From positions 1 through 64,000 of the forward strand of contig JAUCBJ010000968.1 of NCBI GenBank assembly GCA_032718475.1: a stretch of DNA of 64,000 bases, read 5' to 3'. Below, piece by piece: positions 51,563 through 61,859 of the stretch. Source of the stretch: Nemertoderma westbladi (Eukaryota; Animalia; Xenacoelomorpha). Both the position numbers and the translations under genes were made by a program. Numbering within the stretch: position 1 is the stretch's first letter; each line of letters begins with the position of its first letter. The notes beneath the pieces are model-generated. The model was not told the DNA's origin and made no database searches. It saw nothing but the letters and a program-made list of their open reading frames with translations.

Positions 51563-53755
51563 CTAGAAAGCCTGTGGCCCTTCGGGCCACAGCTTTCTAG
51601 TGCACGTGCAGATGATATATGAATATGTGTGGGAGATTGGAGAACTGCATACGGAACAGACACCATCATTAAATAAAACACCACCCCCATAAGAGATAAC
51701 TGTCAAGTTTCAACTTTAGTCAGATTGTAAATAACAAAATTTCCAGAAAATGATCACTTTCAGATCCACCCTCTACCTGCGGACTGGTGAAATGCAGACG
51801 GCGCTGCAGTTTGGTAAAGGTGGGGTTTATGGTGAAGTAAAATGCCTGCCTTTCAAGTTTCAGCTTAAACAGATTGTAAATAACAAAATTGGTGTAGATG
51901 TTCACATTCAGACTTCTAGCGGTAGACTGAAGAACTGTAGACGACTCTGGGACTCCGTAAAGATACAGAATATGCTGCAGTAGATTCCTGCCAAGTTTCA
52001 GCTCAAAGGGATTAAAGAGAACCAATTGGGATGAGGTGTTCACTATCAGACAATTCGCCCTCTAGCGGCAGATAGGGGAACTGTATACAACTCTGCGACT
52101 CCGTAAAGGTAGAGCCTATGCTGTAGTAGATGCCTACCAAGTTTCAGTCTAAACCGTTTGTAAATAACAAAGTTGGAGAAGATGTTAATTTTCAGACATT
52201 TCACCCTCTAGCGGTAGACTGGGGAAGTGTATAGGACTCTGCAACTCCGTAAAGATAGAGCCTAGGATGTAGTAGATACCTGCCAAGTTTCAGCTCAAAA
52301 GGATTAAAAAGAACCAAATGGGATGAGGTTTTCACTATCAGACAATTCGCCCTCTTGCGTCTGACTGTGGAACTGTAGACGACTCTACTACTCCGCAAAG
52401 ATATAGCCTATGCTATAGTAGATGCCTACCAAGTTTCAGTCTAAAAGGATTGTAAATAACAAAGTTGGAGAAGATGTTAACTTTCATACATTTCGCCCTC
52501 TAGCGGCAGACGCGGGTACTGTAGACAACTCTGCGCGACTCAGTAAAGATATAGCCTATGCTGTAGTAGATGCCTACCAAGTTCAGTCTAAATGGATTAT
52601 AAATAACAAAGTTGGAGAAGATGTTAACTTGCAAACATTTCGCCCTCTAGCGGTAGACTGGGAAATTGTAGACGACTTTGCGACTCAGTAAAGATTCAGC
52701 CTATGCTGTAGTAGATGCCTACCAAGTTTCAGTCAAAACGGATTGTAAATAATAAAGTTGGAGAAGATGTTATCTCTCAGACATTTAGCACTCTAACGGT
52801 AGACTGGGGAACTGTAGACCACCCAGTGACTCCGGAAATATACAGCCTATGCTGCAGTATATAGCTACCAAGTTTCAGCTCAAAAGCATTAAAAACAACC
52901 CAATAAGATCAGGTTTTCACTATCGGATAATTCGCCCTCTAGCGGCAGACGGGGGAACTTCAGACGGCTCTGAGTATTACGTTGCAACGAGTTAGGGCGA
53001 GACCTATCTAACGAGCTATAGTAAGCGAGATTTCATCGAGATTAGATGTATAATATTAGATAACATAATAATACAGTAAGTATAGGCCTATAGAAATAAT
53101 TATTTTTACTTTTAATATTCATAACAGTAAAACAAAAATGTTATAAACCTCTCCTTCCATGCAGCCAATGATTGAGAAAGCAGAATTACTACAACCCAAA
53201 CCCACCCCAATCAACACTCCAGCCTGCTTGCTCCTTATCTGTGCCCAGCCAGCTAGCTGCGAGTTCAATAATTACCTTAAGGTTGCTACAGAAAACAATC
53301 CTTCCCTATTCAATAACAATAGGCCAATTCGATCGTGCTTGGCGAATATGACATATTTATACACTATTTGTTTTTTAATCAATAAATAATCATACATATT
53401 TATATTAAACACTCGAATAAAATAAATACTTTGTGAGAATGGGACACGGCGAATCTACCCATGTTAATTTTATACCAGGTGGGATAAATGTTAGCCCTCT
53501 AAATCATTAATTACCGATAGAAGAACCGAAATAATTCGATAAATTTCGCCCGAAAATCACGAAAATCGCCCTCTAGCGGCAGACGGGCGAACTTCAGACG
53601 ACTCTGAGTATTACGTTGCAACGAGTTAGGGCGAGACCTTTCTAACGAGCTATAGCAAGCGAGATTTCATCGAGATGGGTTCGATTGTATAGCCGATGAC
53701 AAACACACAGACAGACTGACTGACTGACAGACAATCGATATTTATATATATTAGA
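51563..53755 (-). mobile_element. Non-autonomous Helitron, type A, copy 2
   Basis: Colinear with and highly similar to 44768-46975. Confidence 0.82.
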
Positions 53756-55909
53756 CTAGAAAGCCCGTGGCCCTTCGGGCCACGGCTTTCTAGTTCACAA
53801 GCCTATTCACCATTCCAAACATTAGATTAATTAATTAACTTAACATAATTAACAAAACGTCACATGATTGAGTGTTCTCTCAAACAAAAGGACTGAAGCT
53901 GTTTTACTTTTCAAATTTCTACATAATACGTACAACGTACAACGTATTATGCTACTTAGGTTGTATAAAGTAGATAAATAACTGCCAAGTATCATTTCCA
54001 AAGGATTACAAATAGTAAAAATATGGAAGAAGGTTAAACTGTAGAACTGCAGGTGGTTATCATCCTCGTAAACACAAACTATAGTTTATTTAGTTTAGTA
54101 GGTACTGTACAGTACTTTTAGATCGCTGCCAAGAATAAACTCTAAAATAATTTAAATGGGAGAAGGATTTCACTTTCAGACAATTCGTCCCCTAATGGCG
54201 GACTGGAGAACTGCAGACTGGTCAACGTCCTTCCCAAAGACGCAGCTTATGATGTAGTACAGTAGACCTCTGCCAAGTATCAGCCTAAAAGCATTTTTAA
54301 TAAATAAATGAGAGAATGTTTTCACTTTTCAGACATTTCGCACCCTCTAGCAGTATACTGGAGAACTGCAGACTGGTTAGCATCCGCCCCAAACACACAG
54401 CCTATGGTGTAGTATACCTTTCCCAAGTATAAAAAAAAAGCATTAGAAAAAACGAAATGGGAGAAGGTATTCATTTCAGACATTTCACCCTCTAGTGGTA
54501 AGACTGTGGAATTGCAGATTTGTCAGAGTTCTCCACAAAAACGCAGTCTAGGGGGTAGTAGACCTCTGCAAAGTATCAGCATAAAAGCATTATTAATAAC
54601 GAAATGGGTGAAGGTTTTCACTTTCAGACATTTCGCCCCCTAGTGGCAGACAGAGGAATTGCAGATTGGTCAGAGTACTCCACAAACACGCAGCCTATGG
54701 TGTAGTAGACCTCTGCCAAGTATCAGCCTATAAGTACTATAAACAACGAAATGGGATAAGGTTTTCACTTTTAGATATTTCGCCCCCTAGCGGCCGAATG
54801 GAGAACTGCAGGTAGTTGGGCGTCCTCCACAGACACACACCATATGGTGTAATACACATCTGCCAAGTGTCAGCCTAAAAGCATTATTAATAACAAAATG
54901 GGATAAGGTTTTCACTTTCAGACATTTGGCCCCCTAGTGGCAGACAGAGGAATTGCAGATTGGTCAGAGTTCTCCACAAACACGCAGCCTAGGGTGTAGT
55001 AGACCTCTGCCAAGTATCAGCCTATAAGTATTATAAACAACGAAATGGGATAAGGTTTTCACTTTCAGATATTTCGCCCCCTAGCGGCTGAATGGAGAAC
55101 TGCAGGTTGTTGGGCGTCCTCCACAGACACTCACCAAATGGTGTAATACACATCTGCCAAGTGTCAGCCTAAAAGCATTATTAATAACGAAATGTGATAA
55201 GGTTTTCACTTTCAGACATTTGGCCCCCTAGCGGTAGACTGGAGAAATGCAGACTGATTCTAGCTCCTCCCCAAACACGCTGTATGGTGTAGTAGACCTC
55301 TGCCAAGTATCAGCAAAAAAGCATTATAAACAAAGAAATGGGATAAGGTTTTCACTTTCAGATATTTCTCCCCCTTGCGGCAGACTGGGGAATTGCAGAT
55401 TGGTCAGCATCCTCCCCAAACACACAGCCTATGGTGTAGAAGACCTCTGCCATGTATCAGCTAAAAGGCTTTAATAATAACGAAATGGGAGATGTTTTAA
55501 GTTTCGGATATTTCGCCCCCTAGCGGCAGACTGGAGAACTGCAGATTGATCAGTGTCCTCCCAAACACACAGTCTATGGTCGGGAACAGATCTACAAAGT
55601 ATCATTTAGAACAGATTAAGTCTGGTATCAAAAAGTAGCATAATAGTCGGACCTAACATGTATAGTGACAGAATGAACTGCTAGGCCTAACTGCGCTACC
55701 GGTACCAAATTCACGAAATCTGCATTCACGCAAACAAACGCGTAAAATAAGACTCGAGATAGCGACAGTGCACGTGCTCGTGACGAGAGCTTTCGTTCGA
55801 TGTATCGCGAGCTCCGATTGGTGCTTGTGTGTAGAAACGTATAGCTTGGACAGACAAGCAGACAGACAGACAGACAGACAGACAGACACATGATATTTAT
55901 ATATATAGA
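53756..55909 (-). mobile_element. Non-autonomous Helitron, type B, copy 3
   Basis: Same terminal hairpin, satellite and TATATATAGA end. Confidence 0.82.
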
Positions 55910-56279
55910 TAACAGTAAAACAAAAATGTTATAAACCTCTCCTTCCATGCAGCCAATGATTGAGAAAGCAGAATTACTCTTGAGCAATTCGCAACAGACA
56001 ACCCAAACCCACCCCAATCAACACTCCAGCCTGCTTGCTCCTTATCTGTGCCCAGCCAGCTAGCTGCGATTTCAATAATTACCTTAACGTTGCTATGATA
56101 CAGAAATCCTTCCCTATTCACTACAGCACTAAGAATAGGCCAATTCAATCGTGCTTGGCGAATATGACATATTTATACACTATTTGATTTTTAATCAATA
56201 AATAATCATACATATTTATATTAAACACTCGAATAAAATAAATACTTTGTGAGAATGGGACACGGCGAATCTACTCATG

Positions 56280-57168
56280 TTAATTTTATACCAGATGGGA
56301 TAAATGTTACCCCTCTAAATAATTAATTACCGATAGAAGAACCGAAATGATTCGATACATTTCGCCCGAACGAACACAAAATACGCATTCACGCAAGCAA
56401 ACGCGTAAAATTAGCCTCGAGATTGCGATAGTTTACGTGCTCAGGACGAGAGCTTTCGATCGATGTATCATTTGCTCAGATTGGTGCATGTGTGTCGGAG
56501 CGTATAGCTTGGACAGACTCACAGACTCATAGACTCACAGACTCACAGACAGACAGAGGATATTTATATATAGATTAATTTTATACCAGATGGGATAAAT
56601 GTTACCCCTCTAAATAATTAATTACCGATAGAAGAACCGAAATGATTCGATACATTTCGCCCGAACGAACACAAAATACGCATTCACGCAAGCAAACGCG
56701 TAAAATTAGCCTCGAGATTGCGATAGTTTACGTGCTCAGGACGAGAGCTTTCGATCGATGTATCATTTGCTCAGATTGGTGCATGTGTGTCGGAGCGTAT
56801 AGCTTGGACAGACTCACAGACTCATAGACTCACAGACTCACAGACAGACAGAGGATATTTATATATATAGATTAATTTTATACCAGATGGGATAAATGTT
56901 ACCCCTCTAAATAATTAATTACCGATAGAAGAACCGAAATGATTCGATACATTTCGCCCGAACGAACACAAAATACGCATTCACGCAAGCAAACGCGTAA
57001 AATTAGCCTCGAGATTGCGATAGTTTACGTGCTCAGGACGAGAGCTTTCGATCGATGTATCATTTGCTCAGATTGGTGCATGTGTGTCGGAGCGTATAGC
57101 TTGGACAGACTCACAGACTCATAGACTCACAGACTCACAGACAGACAGAGGATATTTATATATATAGA
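56280..57168 (-). repeat. Three tandem ~296-bp copies of a Helitron 5'-terminal fragment
   Basis: Near-identical units starting ~56280, 56576 and 56873, each ending CAGACAGACAGAGGATATTTATATATAGA. Confidence 0.88.
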
Positions 57169-58496
57169 TAGATAATATATGTACCTTTACTTTCCCTGTT
57201 TCGGGGCCAGTAGGCCCTATTTAGTTAACCATATGCAACCAAGTGCGAACAAGTCCAACCTAGTGCCAGTTAGTCAAACCACCTGTCAGCGAGTGCAACC
57301 GGGTGCCAGTAGTAGGTAATTAATCTTAAGTCCAACCGGGCGGCCAGGTGTCAGTACAATAAAACAAGCGCTTTGGCGCATCCCGGCTGAAGAACGGTAT
57401 TAGTACGTTTGAACGACACTAGCCAAACAATCCTGAAATCAGATAGAAACTGATAAAAATTGTTACCGGTACCGGTATATCAGTATTGTTAGGCCTACTG
57501 TTACTTACTGGGCCTACTGTTAGTGTACTGTACTCGTGTACTGGGAAACTTATCGAGACTGAGGAGCGCGCTATTGAGTTTGCACAAAGCGTGGAGCTTC
57601 TCCCCCGAACTCTACAACAAAATGGGCAACCAACCCTACGTCTTTGTCCTTTTCCGCCATTTCCGGGTTGTACTGCGCAATCTAAAATTACGCTGGTGAA
57701 GGACAGGCAGACAGGGGATTCATGCAGCTTGTTTGGCGTTTGACACGACGGTTTTCAATATCTGTGCGAATATTTATTCCCTTAGCATTCTCATTGCTGC
57801 TTCTATCAGTCTATACTATGTTAGTGCCATACTGCAGTACTGTAGCAACCAACAACATTCTATAGCCCAGGCAGCCAGGTTGCAGGTTGGTGGAAAAACA
57901 GTTCAAAAATAAATCACGGTTCTGTTAATCACGGTTAGATTTCCAAGCGGCGTCAAGAAGAGTTATGGTTAATAGGTACTGCACTGCTGGCTCATCCCGG
58001 GGCTGGCGGACACCGGCTGTCACTAATCCTGGACCTGTCCTGCATTGTTTAGGCCTATTTGACAAAAGGTAGCGGCAGCCATACTCTTTACATCACTTAG
58101 CTTTAAGGCGTCAGGTTTTCTTCAGTCTGCATGTGTGCTGTGCTGCTGTGCACTTCTTACTGGTCCGCAATGCCTAATCTTTAAAATCACATACGGATTA
58201 TTCTCTATAGGAATCCATTACATACGCGTATGTGCGTGCATACGGATACGGCAAATGCATACGGATACGGATACGGCGAAAAGTTATACCCCTAATTTTG
58301 GCTCAGATTAGAGGCCATTGTATTACACAGCATACAGACTGACAGAGCTACCCGGTAAAAGTGCCCTCTACACTGCTCTATACATACATACCGGTACAGT
58401 GCTTCCCGCTCCCGGCAGCTCGGTACCGTACCAGCGTACCGGTAACATAAGAACCACTGTACATTGTAGGCCTGCCGTTACCACCAATACACTAAA

Positions 58497-59132
58497 ATGG
58501 AGACCTACGACGAACTAAAAGCCTCTCTAAAGGCTTTAATAAATAAAAAGTCGGGAATTGAGTCGGAGATTAAAGAACTCACGTCGGTTCTGGAATCCCA
58601 AGGTAATGTAGGAATGCAGACAGCATTGGTAGACTCCGAGGGTTTCCCGAGGGCGGACGTCGACGTGTTCTCGGTAGTGACGACGAGACAGCAGATAAAT
58701 CGACTACAAAACGACCACAAAACGCTGATGCTTGACATCGAGGAACGCTTAAACGCGCTGCACCAGCGGGAACGGGAGGACAAGGAGTTCCGAGCGCATG
58801 TTAGTGTTCCTGTCCACGTTCCGCACCCTAGCGAGCCGTTCCTCACCGTGGACGCGGTAGCCGAAGAGAGTCCGGCGGAGCGGGCCGGGTTGCTGCTCGG
58901 GGATCGGATCACTCAGTTCGGTTCCATTACGGCGGGGAACTTTGAGGAACTGCGTAACATCTCGGATGTTGTCGGTCACAGTCAGGGGAAGAGCGTTCCG
59001 CTTATAGTGGTGCGTGGGGAACGTAAGGAGTTGGTCCATCTGTCATTAGTTCCTCAGCTGTGGAAGGGAAGGGGTTTGATTGGTTGTCTCATAAACATTA
59101 TTAGTAAGTCTGAATCTGATTATGATAGATAA
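58497..59132 (+). CDS. PSMD9: 26S proteasome non-ATPase regulatory subunit 9 (p27/Nas2 chaperone); intronless ORF
   Basis: 211 aa: Nas2 N-domain (K..IE.EI...L; LVDSEGFPRADVDV; LQNDHK.LM..IE..L..LH), PDZ (SPAERAGL..GD.I..FGS) and the C-terminal L.P..W.GRGL.GC motif. Confidence 0.95.
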   Translation: METYDELKASLKALINKKSGIESEIKELTSVLESQGNVGMQTALVDSEGFPRADVDVFSVVTTRQQINRLQNDHKTLMLDIEERLNALHQREREDKEFRAHVSVPVHVPHPSEPFLTVDAVAEESPAERAGLLLGDRITQFGSITAGNFEELRNISDVVGHSQGKSVPLIVVRGERKELVHLSLVPQLWKGRGLIGCLINIISKSESDYDR

Positions 59133-59336
59133 TTGTAACTATAAGCCTACCGGTACCTTCCCTTATCTATTATTAGTTGTAACTATTTTTATATTATATT
59201 GTTATTCATTAACATCAGTAAATCTATTAGTATTTCTATTCTACGAAACTGGGCGATGTTTTTTCTGGGTCTTTCTTTCACATTGGGATAATAGGGGTTA
59301 CAGACGACACCATCACCTGAAATAGTGTCCAAATTC

Positions 59337-59590
59337 GGGGACAGAGGGCGAAACTTAACGCAAATTCCATCTCGGCGAATTAATATCTAATATCCTGCCT
59401 CAATGCTAAATTATAAATTTAGGGGAATATATCAGGTTTCAGTGGCACTTATTATAACCAAAACAATAAACAGAAGTCAGTATAACAACAAGTTACGGTT
59501 TTATTTTTGAGAGTAATCAGCTGTTATTTGCGTCGAATTTCCCCTGGAGATTGAGGAATTTAATTGCGTCGAAAGTCCCCCCCCCCCCCC
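59337..59590. mobile_element. MITE-like element, same family as 10255-10489 in opposite orientation
   Basis: GGCGAATTAATATC...CCTCAATG...AACCAAAACAATAAAC...TAATCAGCTGTTATTT is the reverse complement of blocks in 10255-10489. Confidence 0.65.
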
Positions 59591-59739
59591 TTGATGGAAT
59601 TTGAAAATCAGGTTCTGATGGAAATTCTCGTACATTTTTTATACAAAGTTTAACTAATCCGAAACATCAGCCAGGAGAAGTACATACAGGACAACATTTG
59701 AGAAATTTCAATTGAGAACTGAATCAATTTTGACTAATT

Positions 59740-60562
59740 TCAGTTACTTACAGTTTCAGTATTAAAAAATGTAGCATTTCAGTTACAGTTACAGTATTAC
59801 AAAATTGAGCATTTCAGTTACAGTATTACAAAATTGAGCATTTCAGCTACAGTTTCAGTATTACAAAATTGAGCATTTCAGTTACAGTTTCAATATTACA
59901 AAATTGAGCATTTCAGTTACAGTTTCAATATTACAAAATTGAGCTTTTCAGTATTACAAAATTGAGCATTTCAGTTACAGTTTCAATATTACAAAATTGA
60001 GCATTTCAATATTACAAAATTGAGCATTTCAGTTACAGTATTACAAAATTGAGCATTTCAGTTACAGTTTCAGTATTACAAAATTGAGCATTTCAGTTAC
60101 AGTATTACAAAATTGAGCATTTCAGCTACAGTTTCAGTATTACAAAATTGAGCATTTCAGTTACAGTTTCAATATTACAAAATTGAGCATTTCAGTTACA
60201 GTTTCAATATTACAAAATTGAGCTTTTCAGTATTACAAAATTGAGCATTTCAGTTACAGTTTCAATATTACAAAATTGAGCATTTCAGTATTACAAAATT
60301 GAGCATTTCAGTATTACAAAATTGAGCATTTCAGTTACAGTTTCAATATTACAAAATTGAGCATTTCAGTTACAGTTTCAATATTACAAAATTGAGCTTT
60401 TCAGTATTACAAAATTGAGCATTTCAGTATTACAAAATTGAGCATTTCAGTTCCAGTTACAGTATTACCAAATTGAGCATTTCAGTTACAGTTTCAGTAT
60501 TAGAAAATTGAGCATTTCAGTTTCAGTTACAGTATTGATCCTTATAAAATTTCAGTTTCAGT
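59740..60562. repeat. Variable 23/29/35-bp tandem repeat
   Basis: Core CAGTATTACAAAATTGAGCATTT plus 0-2 hexamers CAGTTA/CAGTTT. Confidence 0.92.
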
Positions 60563-61859
60563 TATAGAATCAATATATTATCCCACGTAGTTTGCAGTCA
60601 TTGAATGAAATATGTCAGTAAAGGCTGAGCTCTTTTCACCTTGGTGTAGGATAGATATATGACGACCAAAGGAAGAGAACGAGCATAACGAGGCTGATAA
60701 AGCTAATAATAATAATAATCTAATAATAATCGCGGGCTAATAATTCCTGAGACCTTCAAAACGTATGTACCTATTTGTGCTAAAATCAATAAATTTTAAG
60801 TACAAAAAAAAACAAAGTCTCTGGCTCTGGTTCCGGTATTTTTCAAACTGATTCTCTCGGTAGGTCTCTGGCTCACCGGTATTAAGAAAAACAGGTCTCT
60901 GTTTCAACTCTACACATTATCGACCTTCATTCATACTCACTCCCAATTGTTTTTTCAATGGTTTTGAGTTCAAAGCTCAAAGGTTTACTACTTGTTTACA
61001 TAACATAATATTAACTCGTTATCTTTCATAACCCATCGATATTTATTTATTTAATTCTCATTCGTAATACCTTCCACTGGCATAACACGTTTTTATTTCA
61101 AATTGTTTCTTCTTACGTAGATGAATCACCATTTTTCTGGAAGTAAATGTTTGCATTCACTTGTATTTAAGCATTCGTGCGCCGAATTCATTTCTGTAAT
61201 ATTTGCTTTTCGTGCATGTATCTTGACTAGAAATTATAGGATTTTTTTTATTTATTTTTATTAGAAATTGACTAACGTTTTGACTGACATTTATTTTTTC
61301 TCATGTTATATTGGACATTCTGTGCTCACAATATATAATATTACATAATATAATATATTATAACGATATATTACATAAAATATTATATAATTCCTAATAT
61401 TCATAATTCATAATATACGAAGAATTATTATATTTTTGTACAAGAGCTTTATTATACTTTTTTTTCATTGCATATAAAATGTGTAAAAGTGTAAAAATGT
61501 ATCTTACTTACTAGCATTACTTAGTTGGCATCGATTCGATTAGCAGCAATTCAATATTTGAAAATTTATATTAGTAATTGAGATTTACAAGTTGAAGTTA
61601 CCCTTGATCTAACTATCTACTACTACTATAATTATGGTTTATTGTGACATAAAATACAAGAATAGACCATATCCTGAAATAGCCTACATTGTCTTTAATT
61701 CATGCACCCCCCAAATTTTTCAAGAAATCTTAATGAAAATGAAAATCATTATAAAAACTAACTACATAAAAGGTGCCCCCCTCCCACTTAATAGGGTTAA
61801 GTTTCAAGAGACTTAAAATTTTGGTTCGGCGTATATTTTATTAAATTACTTGAGTATTG

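Larger units (their letters stand above)
44225..58291. mobile_element. ~14-kb non-autonomous TIR DNA transposon (MULE- or Merlin-type) with ~510-bp TIRs and 9-bp TSD
   Basis: 44225-44736 is the reverse complement of 57741-58291 (GGGTATAACTTTTCGCCGTATCCGTATCCG...GAAAACCGTCGTGTCA) with a few indels. Flanked by CTAATTTTG at 44216-44224 and 58292-58300. Confidence 0.88.

Noticed and set aside
56347-57124. Three identical 61-aa ORFs, plus ORFs at 49121-49399, 51204-51590 and 55628-56148
   Set aside because: They lie in repeated non-coding Helitron ends; the CLSV repeats are translated (TGTC)n microsatellite.
44768-57168. Autonomous Helitron or captured host gene inside the TIR element
   Set aside because: No Rep/helicase motifs or convincing host exons found; the content is terminal sequence and satellite.
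58505-59039. Antisense ORFs over PSMD9
   Set aside because: Shadow frames of the real CDS.
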